Assembly (NCBI GenBank): GCA_026125285.1
Contig: JAHCLO010000023.1
Span: forward strand, 41,855 to 105,854
DNA: 64,000 nt
Reading direction: 5' to 3'
Source: Verrucomicrobiia bacterium
GTDB lineage: Bacteria > Verrucomicrobiota > Verrucomicrobiia > Limisphaerales > JADLHS01
Part shown: positions 27,401 to 35,386 of the stretch, in pieces
Layout: every line of letters begins with the position of its first letter
Numbering within the stretch: the stretch's first letter is position 1
Translations under genes and position numbers: made by a program
The notes under the pieces: generated by a model
Seen by the model: only the letters and a program-made list of their open reading frames with translations
Databases searched by the model: none
What the model was told of the DNA's origin: nothing

Positions 27401-28185
27401 GAAAGCGCGCACGATTGAAGTAGCGAGCGATTGGTTGCTACAGATTCCTTTGGCGAAGCGCCGGCCTCCAACAATGCCCGCACTGACTCCAGTTGCCCGT
27501 GATTCGCGGCGGCGGCGAGCAGGGCGAGACCGTTCGTTCGCAGAAATGTTTCCGCCGCCGAGCGGTCCTGCAGCATTCGCGGCACGAGTCTTCCGTCGCC
27601 GTAAATGATCGCCAGTTCGAGCGCGGACTTTTTGTTGTTCCATGGAAAGGGATTCAGCAGAAAAGGGTCTGCGCCATGATCCAACAAGAGCGCCGCGATT
27701 TCGTCGCGCTTGAAGCCGAAGGCCATGTGGAGCGCGCTGCCATCCGAAGGACTGACGTAGTTTGGGTTTGCGCCAGCTTCGAGCAAGCGTTTCACGATCG
27801 CGGGGTGACCTTTCCGGCCGCACCAAACGGCCACCTGCAGTGCGGACATCCGTTTATTGCCCGTATCCCACGTGTCGCCGACCGCGTGAACGTCCGCGCC
27901 GGCTTTGAGCAGCAACTCAACGATATCGAGCGAGCCTTCCGCTGCGGCTTGGAGCAAGGGTCGTCTTTCCCCAAAGCTCGGGGCGTCGGCGAGCCGGACG
28001 TTGGCGGCAAGCAACTGCGCGACGGCGTTCGTATCGTGCCGCCGAATGGCGCGCAGCAACTTTTCCGGCTCTCCCTCCTCGTCCGCACGCTGCGCAAACG
28101 CTGGTGACGGCAGGATCAGAATCAACGTGACCAGCAAGCCGCGAATACCCGAGGTTGCGAATGGTCCCTTTACATTCACAGGCAA
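24457..28185 (-). CDS. giant ankyrin-repeat protein with N-terminal signal peptide
   Basis: 1242 aa. N-terminus GLLVTLILILPSPAFAQ. Ankyrin consensus (G.TPLH.A...G....V..LL..GA..N) recurs along essentially the whole length. Confidence 0.9.
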   Translation of the reverse strand: MPVNVKGPFATSGIRGLLVTLILILPSPAFAQRADEEGEPEKLLRAIRRHDTNAVAQLLAANVRLADAPSFGERRPLLQAAAEGSLDIVELLLKAGADVHAVGDTWDTGNKRMSALQVAVWCGRKGHPAIVKRLLEAGANPNYVSPSDGSALHMAFGFKRDEIAALLLDHGADPFLLNPFPWNNKKSALELAIIYGDGRLVPRMLQDRSAAETFLRTNGLALLAAAANHGQLESVRALLEAGASPKESVATNRSLLQSCALSAASSAGHPDASATNWAQVRDLLRENGAEYDVFAATGFGDLDETRRLASANPNLAGARDYLGETPLHWAVRTDRLSLTSFWLEAGALAGATNSAGQTPLHIAAGIGFSKQVECLLAANAPTDARDTNNWTPLDSAMQAKQTETIRLLLGSTKGPPPDRGVAMTIHEAAASGNIVALTEFATSENLEMRNELGFTPFHLAMQHGQLGAAAFLLDKGADINATDPDGNTALLQIGGKWGYTIAGRPSAAWFTRHSQDPRKAEYLRLLTEGGDQGWPRYLVQAIGFLLANGADAAVTNKAGKSVSQLILGSSTSAFTEERTSLLKLLGRADGLLDERNANGETGLHRAAREILGDNAGALIAAGADLNATNNLGRTPLHAAVERLGGWGDSQPFALILNAKPNVNAQDNEGLTPLHVLVLSDSIFIREATEALLAAGADPNLRDEAGRTPLLCSLAGKWPWRAAEASLRQLVAAGANADAADNQGNTALHYLARMGHPSPMFFVPEAASHFASLDVNATNRAGDTPLHVAARAGATDVFDWLRSRGARLDVTNAAGETPQQLGLRNSSPFARFNLGLPAELASAAQRGEIETLERALKTDPSLLNATSRAGETALGIASRFGQTNLAAALLQKGARWDAVSATLLGHADVLKDLLARNPATLTNASQGKQLIHLAAESGDVTILGSLLSAGADVEARARSGLSPLGIALLHKRDAAVAMLRARGASENLFDAVVLDLPEKAVGLLALKPSLGREGNQFEFTPMHLAVALERPAILKVLLEEQVSPDIPAGRTGISPLHVAAACNRTNAIRLLIQHGANAELRDNSGCTPLHYATARGSMAVAALLLELGARPDIPVFSEPSRMRISNLQPGNTALHFAVAAGQTNIVALLLKAGANVNATNSFGQTPLDLTRPGMPMSQRWGSPLSSPGVELAASFRSMGLPQLANLIPARPAWLDLPNHPSLAAMLERAGGRFGTGSNSVRQQ

Positions 28186-28262
28186 ACTTTAGCCGGCGGC
28201 ACATGAACGTCACGCACTATTTCGGTTGTTCACGAGGCGCTTCGGGACTACAAAGACGACGT

Positions 28263-30509
28263 ATGAGGGCCGGATTCTTTCTAGGGATTTTCCCATTGTT
28301 CACCGCGCTTTGTTGCGCTCAATTCCTAAAGCTCCCCGTCCCGCCGCAACAGAACGCCGCCTGGCGTGAACCGGCGGACATACCCACAAACATCTTGTCG
28401 GCAGCGAACGCGGTGTTCGCGCTCGGCTTTCCCGACCCGCGCGGTTGCGAGTATCGCGAAATTGAAGTCATCACGAGCAGCGTCTGGGACGGACGCACCA
28501 ATGCAACCGCCACGCGCGGATGGGTGCTGCCGGAAACGACCGGCGCGCCACGCTTTGCGATTGCCTGGAATGGGTTGATTTATCCGGTGCTCAAGCTCGG
28601 AGACGCGGCCGACCTGCGCTCGGAAATCGAAGGGCGCGAAGCCGCGCGAGGCACGAATATCATTCTTTATTCCGGCATTTCCGACCGCGCCATCGGCGAG
28701 TCGCGCTCCGTGTTCCTCGCCACGGCGGCCTCAACGCGCGTGTTGCTCTTACTGCGGCTGGGTGAAACGACTGCGGCGTTGACGAATTTCATGCCGAGGC
28801 ACGCCCTCGAGTACCGGGCCGTTTCGCGAGCCGTCTTGGCGCCGGGTTCAAACGCGCCGGCCTACGATCCGTACCTGCAATTTGCCGGTGACTGGGCGTG
28901 GGCACTGTTCGATCGCACCATCAACTCCCACATGCGCGGCGACGAAGCGCTGGCGCTGGCAACGGTGCGCCCGCTGGCCGACGTGCAACCCAGGATCGAG
29001 GCGGAGGCGGCGCGGCGCGGCTTTCCACGCCAATCGAACTACGATCCGCGCAGGAAGGAAAAGGAGAGACCCTACCTCGATTATCTGGACCAACTCCCGG
29101 AACTGCTGGCTGACCTCGAACGTCGTGTAAGTGAAGGTCCACGGGTCACCGCTCTGGAGCGCGGCCTGACGAACCTCGCCGACGCGGGCCAGCGCATTAC
29201 GGCGCTCATTCGCGATCTTGACCTTGTGGCTGCGCGACAGATGGGTCAGCCGGGCTGGGTGATACCCACCCAGGATCCGATTGTGGCCGCACTGATCGCG
29301 GAGGGCGATGCGGCCGTCGAGCCGTTGCTGGATTGTCTCGAAACCGACCGGCGGTTGACACGCTCGGTCGGTTTTGGCCGGGACTTTTTCCGTTCCCGCA
29401 CGGTGCTTCCCGTGCGCAACGTGGCGAACACCGCGTTGCTCGCGATTCTGCAGGCGCGCTTCGGCAGCGCCGCGGAGATGCGCGCTTATTGGAAGCAGTA
29501 TGGCCATCTGAAAATCCACGACCGCTGGTTCGAGATTTTGAAGGACGATTCCGCGGGCATGGGGCGCTGGCTTGAAGCGGCCGGCTTGATCGTGCAGCCA
29601 ACCAACAAGTGGAGTCTGCCGGGCACGGGCTACAGCACCGAATATCCGGTGACCACCAACGACACCGTCCCGATGCGCGGCGAAGTGTTGCGAGGGCGAA
29701 CCAACCCGTCCGTGGCGGATTTGTTCGCGCGCCGGGCGCTCGAGATTTCTCCGACCAACATGGCGGCTTACGACTTGGCGGCGGCGGGCGAGATGGGATT
29801 TCGGCTCGCGGAGTGGGACGCGGGCGCCGCGCGGCCGGTGCTGAAGAAACTGGCGGAGCGCTGTCGTGCCACCCTGGAATACTCGGCCCCGCCGTCGCGC
29901 GGCGGCATTTCTCCCTGGGGGCCGTTGTTCGCGAGACTCAGCATGGTCCGGGCGGAAATGGGTGGGGACGCAGCCCTGACAGAATATGCCGCCTGGCTCA
30001 AGTCCACGCCGCCCGGAGAACTGGAGCAGTCGCTGGCCGAAAGTCTGGCGCCATTGTGGAAGTTTCCCACCAACGCGATCCTGGAGTCTGTCGCGGAGGA
30101 ATTGTTCGCGAACACGAACTCGCCCTGGGGGCGGCTGCCTTGGACGCCGTCCTTGAGATTCAATCCAGTGGAATCCGATCTTCTGCGGGTGACGGCCTTT
30201 CGGAAGTTGCTCGCACGGGAACTGGACGACCAGACCGTTTGCGGTCACATCGAATGGCGCCCGGCGAATCACGCTGCGATGACATTGACCAATCGCGTGA
30301 AACTCACCAGCGGTCACCCGCTGGACCTGCCGGAGGGTCAACGGCCCGAGGTCGGGAGCCAATCGGTTTTGCGCTGGTGCGACTGGATTGCCTTTTCGCT
30401 TGGAAAGACCCGGCAGATTCCGCCGTTCAATCCGTTTGCATCGGTCGAGGCACGTGACGCCGCCATTGCGGAGGCAAAGGCGGCGCTGGGGCAGCCCTGG
30501 CGGCTTTGA
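28263..30509 (+). CDS. secreted hypothetical protein (~749 aa)
   Basis: Start at ATG 28263 gives a signal peptide MRAGFFLGIFPLFTALCCAQ. Long, non-repetitive, helix-rich sequence. Divergent from the ankyrin gene with 77 bp between starts. No family recognised. Confidence 0.65.
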   Translation: MRAGFFLGIFPLFTALCCAQFLKLPVPPQQNAAWREPADIPTNILSAANAVFALGFPDPRGCEYREIEVITSSVWDGRTNATATRGWVLPETTGAPRFAIAWNGLIYPVLKLGDAADLRSEIEGREAARGTNIILYSGISDRAIGESRSVFLATAASTRVLLLLRLGETTAALTNFMPRHALEYRAVSRAVLAPGSNAPAYDPYLQFAGDWAWALFDRTINSHMRGDEALALATVRPLADVQPRIEAEAARRGFPRQSNYDPRRKEKERPYLDYLDQLPELLADLERRVSEGPRVTALERGLTNLADAGQRITALIRDLDLVAARQMGQPGWVIPTQDPIVAALIAEGDAAVEPLLDCLETDRRLTRSVGFGRDFFRSRTVLPVRNVANTALLAILQARFGSAAEMRAYWKQYGHLKIHDRWFEILKDDSAGMGRWLEAAGLIVQPTNKWSLPGTGYSTEYPVTTNDTVPMRGEVLRGRTNPSVADLFARRALEISPTNMAAYDLAAAGEMGFRLAEWDAGAARPVLKKLAERCRATLEYSAPPSRGGISPWGPLFARLSMVRAEMGGDAALTEYAAWLKSTPPGELEQSLAESLAPLWKFPTNAILESVAEELFANTNSPWGRLPWTPSLRFNPVESDLLRVTAFRKLLARELDDQTVCGHIEWRPANHAAMTLTNRVKLTSGHPLDLPEGQRPEVGSQSVLRWCDWIAFSLGKTRQIPPFNPFASVEARDAAIAEAKAALGQPWRL

Positions 30510-30547
30510 CCCGGTACGCTTGTGCGGCTCGACCACTTCCATCTCAA

Positions 30548-32182
30548 ATGAAAACCTCACTCACCATCGGCCAGTATCTCATCAACCAACTCTATGCGCA
30601 CGGTGTGCGGCATGTGTTCGGCATTCCCGGCGATTATGTGCTCGGGTTCTACGATCAGCTCTCACGCAGCAAGCTCCGCGTCATCAACACCTGCGACGAA
30701 CAGGGTGCGGGCTTTGCTGCGGACGCTTATGCACGCGTAAAGGGACTTGGCGCGGTCTGTATCACGTATTGTGTCGGCGGACTGAAGGTGGCGAACACGA
30801 CGGCCGAGGCGTTTGCCGAAAAATCACCGGTGGTCGTGATCAGTGGCGCGCCCGGTATCAAGGAGCGTGAAAAGAATCCGCTGCTGCATCACAAGGTTCG
30901 CGAGTTCGACACGCAGAAGAAGGTGTTCGAGCAACTCACCATTGCCTCGACGGTGTTGAGCGATCCGCAGACCGCGTTCCAGGAAATTGACCGCGTGCTG
31001 CACGCGGCGCTGCGTTACAAGCGGCCCGTGTACATCGAACTGCCACGCGACATGATCTCGCAGTCTGGCATTCCGCACTATCGCCCGCCGAAACTGCACG
31101 AGGCCAGCAATCCCCGGGCACTGCGCGCCGCACTCACCGAGGCGGTGGCGATGATCAACGCCGCCCGGCAGCCCGTGATCTTGGCGGATGTGGAAGTCCA
31201 TCGTTTCGGATTGCAGAACGCGCTTCTGAAACTTGCGCAACGGACGAACCTCCCCGTGGCGGCGACGATTCTGGGCAAGTCGGTGATCGGCGAGCATTAT
31301 CCGTTTTATCTCGGCGTGTACGAAGGCGCGATGGGCCGCGAGGAAGTGCGCAGTTACGTCGAATCGTCCGATTGCGTCATTCTGCTCGGGGCGTTCATGA
31401 CCGACATGAATCTCGGCATCTTCACCGCGCGGCTGGATCCGGCCCGCTCGATTTATGCAACCAGTGAGAAGCTGTCCATTCGCTACCACAGCTACGAGGA
31501 GGTACGGTTCAAGGACTTCGTGCGAGGCCTGACGCGGCCGGGGCTGCGTCGCCGGAAGTTGGGGAGAATTCCGCGTCCGCCACGGTCGCAATTATTCAAG
31601 CCGGTGGCCGGTAAAAACCTGACGGTGTCACGACTGTTCCAGCGATTGAACGCGTTTCTCGACGACCGCACCGTGGTGGTGGCGGACGTGGGCGACGTGT
31701 TGTTCGGCGCGGCGGACCTATACATTCACCAGCGCACGGAGTTCCTGGGCCCGGCCTATTACACGTCCATGGGCTTTGCCGTGCCGGCCGGTCTGGGCGT
31801 GCAATTGGCGAATCCCCGATTGCGCCCGCTCGTGCTCGTGGGCGACGGCGCCTTTCAAATGACCGGCATGGAGTTGTCCACCATCGCGCGCTACGGCTTG
31901 AATCCCGTGGTGGTGGTGTTCAACAACGGCGGCTTCGGCACCGAGCGCCCGATGCAGGACGGTCCGTACAACGACGTGGCCGCCTGGCGTTACCATCGGG
32001 TGACCGACGTGCTGGGGGCGGGCCGCAGTTACCTGGTGAAGACCGAGGATGAACTGGATCGGGCCTTGCGGGCCGCGCAAACGCAGCGCGACAGTTTTGT
32101 TCTGATCGAAGCCATCCTTGACCCGCACGACCATTCATCCGCGCTGAAACGGTTGACGGAGCGGTTGGGAAGAAAAATCTAG
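30548..32182 (+). CDS. thiamine-diphosphate-dependent alpha-keto acid decarboxylase (indolepyruvate/phenylpyruvate decarboxylase-like)
   Basis: MKTSLTIGQYLINQLYAHGVRHVFGIPGDYVLGFYDQL is a typical decarboxylase N-terminus. ThDP-binding motif GDGAFQMT...NNGGF. Confidence 0.9.
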   Translation: MKTSLTIGQYLINQLYAHGVRHVFGIPGDYVLGFYDQLSRSKLRVINTCDEQGAGFAADAYARVKGLGAVCITYCVGGLKVANTTAEAFAEKSPVVVISGAPGIKEREKNPLLHHKVREFDTQKKVFEQLTIASTVLSDPQTAFQEIDRVLHAALRYKRPVYIELPRDMISQSGIPHYRPPKLHEASNPRALRAALTEAVAMINAARQPVILADVEVHRFGLQNALLKLAQRTNLPVAATILGKSVIGEHYPFYLGVYEGAMGREEVRSYVESSDCVILLGAFMTDMNLGIFTARLDPARSIYATSEKLSIRYHSYEEVRFKDFVRGLTRPGLRRRKLGRIPRPPRSQLFKPVAGKNLTVSRLFQRLNAFLDDRTVVVADVGDVLFGAADLYIHQRTEFLGPAYYTSMGFAVPAGLGVQLANPRLRPLVLVGDGAFQMTGMELSTIARYGLNPVVVVFNNGGFGTERPMQDGPYNDVAAWRYHRVTDVLGAGRSYLVKTEDELDRALRAAQTQRDSFVLIEAILDPHDHSSALKRLTERLGRKI

Positions 32183-32209
32183 TGCCGTGACGAACATTGT
32201 TCGAGACAA

Positions 32210-32288
32210 GGTAGGGCGCGTCACTCCGTGCGCGCCGGTGGGAAAGCCAGGAGTCGGTGGCGGCGCGCACGGAGTGACGCGCCCTACC
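32210..32288. terminator. perfect 27-bp-stem hairpin 28 nt after the decarboxylase stop (REP-like, possible terminator)
   Basis: GGTAGGGCGCGTCACTCCGTGCGCGCC (32210-32236) and GGCGCGCACGGAGTGACGCGCCCTACC (32262-32288) are exact reverse complements across a 25-nt loop. Confidence 0.5.
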
Positions 32289-32380
32289 CGCGCCCCGCAG
32301 GAGGTAACGACACTTCCGTGTCGCGGCATTAGTGGATAATGCGGTGTGATGCAGCCGCGCTCGTTTTCAGGGCTGCGAGT

Positions 32381-33760
32381 TCACGGATCGTTGCGCACTG
32401 CGTCGGCGTCCGGGGCGGCTGGTGCAATCTCGTAAACCTGCAACCGGGTCGCCGACGGCAACGGTTCGGTGCGGGGCCGGTCGCGATTTGCCCCCAGGGT
32501 TTCCCAACGCAACCACAGGCGCGAATCGCCAATGACAGGACGCAGATGCACCTGCATGCCGGGGAAGGTGGAAACCGGTTTTCCCAACGATGAGGGATAC
32601 TGTGGTTTGACCACGGCGCGCTTGACGATCTTCAGAGATTGGTCGTCGAGCACCCACGTTCCCGACCCGTGATGCCGGTTGGAAAGTCGTTGCTCAATCT
32701 GGCCCTCGGCATTGCGCGTCACCGCCCCCACGCGCACTTCAAATTCGATCGAACCACCCCCGGAAAACTCCCAGCGATAGGTCCAGTCGGTGGCCTGGTG
32801 CGATTTCCATTCGCCGCTTTCCAGCCGGGCATTATAGACCTGCGTGAAGCCGTTGGTGTCGAATTTGTGGTAGGAAACAATCGGACGCTGCTGCGCATCG
32901 AAGCCCAGCGCGACGTTGCCGTTGATGGCGCCACCGTACAAGGGCACGGGGTCCACCACTTCACCCGTCTCGAACGTCATGGGCAGACGGAGCGGATTCC
33001 CTCCGCTCGTTTCCCAGTGGATCAAGTCCCGGCTGCGCGCGTAACACACGTGGTGAGACGTGGCACAATCGGGAGTTTCGCGCCAAATCCAAGTCAGGTG
33101 AAAGTAGCCGTCCGGACCGCGCAACGGCCCGTTGAGATAGGCGCTTTTCTGGCCTTTGCCGTCGAGGAGCGGTTGATCGAGCAACCGTCGCCACGCGCGC
33201 GTTGGCGCCTCATACACGTTGTAAATCTGGTTGCCGTTGCCGCTGCCGCCGGTGCGGTAGGTGAAGACCAGTTCGCCGCGAGCATCTTCAAAGAACTTTG
33301 GGTAAGTGGTTCTTTGTTCATCCTGTCCCGTCATCCCGGGAATGCGTTTCAAGGTGGTGATCTCCAATGGTTGTTCGGAGCGGAAATAGACCAGCGGATT
33401 ACCATGCATGTTGCCGCTCAAATGCAGGTGACCGTTCTTGTCCAGCGCCATTGTGATGTAATTGTGGCTGTCCCAACCGACCCTTTCCGGCAGATGCACG
33501 AAGTTCCAGTTGGTAGCTGACAGATGCCGCGCCGCCACCGTCATCCGCCGGTCGGCATCGTAGAACGCAATGAACTGATGATTGCTGGCGACCAAGGAAT
33601 GGAATCCAACCGGGTGGCCGGACCAAACCGGCGCCACGTCAATCACGTGTTTGATCTCTTGAGCGTCACCCACGGGCAGCACGACCCAAAAACAAATCAG
33701 GAACTGGAATCGGATTACGCCCCGGCTTTTCCAATTATGTGAATGAGAGTGTGTGCCCAT
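32381..33760 (-). CDS. BNR_4-like (BNR repeat-containing family) protein, putatively exported
   Basis: WDSHNYITMALDKNGHLHLSGNMHGNPLVYFRS, VFTYRTGGSGNGNQIYNVY and YFHLTWIWRETPDCATSHHVCYARSRDLIHWE resemble the BNR_4 family as I remember it. Start at ATG 33760 with hydrophobic N-terminus IRFQFLICFWVVLPVG. Confidence 0.65.
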   Translation of the reverse strand: MGTHSHSHNWKSRGVIRFQFLICFWVVLPVGDAQEIKHVIDVAPVWSGHPVGFHSLVASNHQFIAFYDADRRMTVAARHLSATNWNFVHLPERVGWDSHNYITMALDKNGHLHLSGNMHGNPLVYFRSEQPLEITTLKRIPGMTGQDEQRTTYPKFFEDARGELVFTYRTGGSGNGNQIYNVYEAPTRAWRRLLDQPLLDGKGQKSAYLNGPLRGPDGYFHLTWIWRETPDCATSHHVCYARSRDLIHWETSGGNPLRLPMTFETGEVVDPVPLYGGAINGNVALGFDAQQRPIVSYHKFDTNGFTQVYNARLESGEWKSHQATDWTYRWEFSGGGSIEFEVRVGAVTRNAEGQIEQRLSNRHHGSGTWVLDDQSLKIVKRAVVKPQYPSSLGKPVSTFPGMQVHLRPVIGDSRLWLRWETLGANRDRPRTEPLPSATRLQVYEIAPAAPDADAVRNDP

Positions 33761-33952
33761 GCCCTGGATTCTACTTTCTCCCCGGTCGGCTTTCGAGCGA
33801 ATCCCGCCATGAACTGGTCGCGGCCCAAGGCCGATGGACGAATAGAGGCTCGATTGCAGATCAGGTCTTAATGAGCCGGAATGAGCGGTTGACACGCCGG
33901 AAGCCAGCCGTTCAAATCCTTGCGAACAAAGGCAAGTCGAGACTCATTTGCT

Positions 33953-35362
33953 ATGCGCAAGACATTCCGCCCTCAAACATCCCTGGCAATCGCCCTGCTC
34001 ACTTTCTCGTGGATTCCGCTCTGCACCACCCAAGCTGCGTCCGCCGCCCAACCCTGCCGTATCGAAGTCGTCGAGCGCGGCACCGGCTGGCCGGTGCCGC
34101 TGGTTGAATTGCGCACCACGCATCACGCGCGCTTCTTCACCGACAATGCCGGGGTCATCGCCTTCGACCTGCCGGAGTTGATGGGCCGGGAGACATGGTT
34201 CGATATCATCGGCAATGGTTACGAAGTGCCCAAGGACGGTTTCGGCTATCGGGGCGTGCGATTGAAACCTGAACCAGACAAAACCCTGAAAATTGAAGTC
34301 AACCGCACGATCATCGCGAAACGGCTCGGCCGCCTCACGGGGGGCGGGATGTTTGCCGAAAGCCAGAAGCTCGGACAGGAACTGGACTGGCGCGAGCCGG
34401 GGATTCTGGGTTGCGACAGCATCCAAAACGCGGTGCATCGCGGGAAGATGTTCTGGCTTTGGGGCGACACCACGCTCGCCAAATATCCGCTCGGGCTTTT
34501 CCACGGCACGAGTGCGACCACCCCCATTCAGCCGCTGGAGAAGTTCACACCACCGATCCGCCTCAAGCTGGATTACTTCACCGACGACCAGGGCACGCCG
34601 CGGAACGTGGCCACCATGCCGGGTTCGGGGCCAACGTGGGTGACCGGCTATCTCAGTCTGCCGGACCGTCACGGCGAGGCCCGCCTCGTGGGCGCGTACG
34701 TGAAGATCAAACCTCCGCTCGAAGCCTACGAGTGGGGCTTGTGTGTGTGGAACGATGCCACCGCCAACTTCGAGCCGTTGCGCGTGCTGTGGACCAAATC
34801 CGCGGCGACGCCGAAACAACCGCCCGTGCCGGAAGGTCATCCTGCGCTCTGGAAAGACTCCGCCGGCAAGGAGTGGGTGCTCTTCGGCAATCCGCTGCCG
34901 ACGCTGCGTTGTCCGGCCACGTTCGAGGGTTGGCAGGATTCCTCGAAGTGGGAAGTACTCAAACCGCAGGAGAGTTTGGTTTCCGCGGCGGACAGCAAGC
35001 CGGTGAAACCCCACACGGGCTCCATTGCGTGGAATCCATGGCGCATGCGCTGGGTCACAGTGTTCATGGAGCATTTCGGCAAGCCGTCCGTGTTCGGCGA
35101 ACTCTGGTATGCAGAAGCGAAGTCGCCCACCGGCCCGTGGGGCGAAGCCGTGAAAATCCTGAGTCATGAGAATTACACGTTCTACAACCCGCGCATCCAT
35201 CCCGAGTTCACCGCCGCCGACTCGCCGATCCTGATTTTCGAGGGCACCTACACGATGCAGTTTGCGGACAAACCGCATCCCACACCGCGCTACGATTACA
35301 ACCAAATTCTCTACCGTCTGGACCTGGATGACCCGGCATTGAAACCGGCCCAAGCCAACTAG
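33953..35362 (+). CDS. secreted hypothetical protein
   Basis: Start ATG 33953 gives signal peptide MRKTFRPQTSLAIALLTFSWIPLCTTQAASA. Coding-like throughout. The equally long minus ORF 33944..35353 has antisense composition. No family recognised. Confidence 0.7.
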   Translation: MRKTFRPQTSLAIALLTFSWIPLCTTQAASAAQPCRIEVVERGTGWPVPLVELRTTHHARFFTDNAGVIAFDLPELMGRETWFDIIGNGYEVPKDGFGYRGVRLKPEPDKTLKIEVNRTIIAKRLGRLTGGGMFAESQKLGQELDWREPGILGCDSIQNAVHRGKMFWLWGDTTLAKYPLGLFHGTSATTPIQPLEKFTPPIRLKLDYFTDDQGTPRNVATMPGSGPTWVTGYLSLPDRHGEARLVGAYVKIKPPLEAYEWGLCVWNDATANFEPLRVLWTKSAATPKQPPVPEGHPALWKDSAGKEWVLFGNPLPTLRCPATFEGWQDSSKWEVLKPQESLVSAADSKPVKPHTGSIAWNPWRMRWVTVFMEHFGKPSVFGELWYAEAKSPTGPWGEAVKILSHENYTFYNPRIHPEFTAADSPILIFEGTYTMQFADKPHPTPRYDYNQILYRLDLDDPALKPAQAN

Positions 35363-35386
35363 GCGATCACGCCAGAACTACTTCTT

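Noticed and set aside
28848-30560. 570-aa minus ORF
   Set aside because: It is antisense to the 749-aa secreted protein gene and has R/G/P/Q-rich composition.
33944-35353. 469-aa minus ORF nearly coextensive with 33953..35362
   Set aside because: Its composition is Arg/Gly/His-rich. The + frame has a signal peptide and balanced composition.
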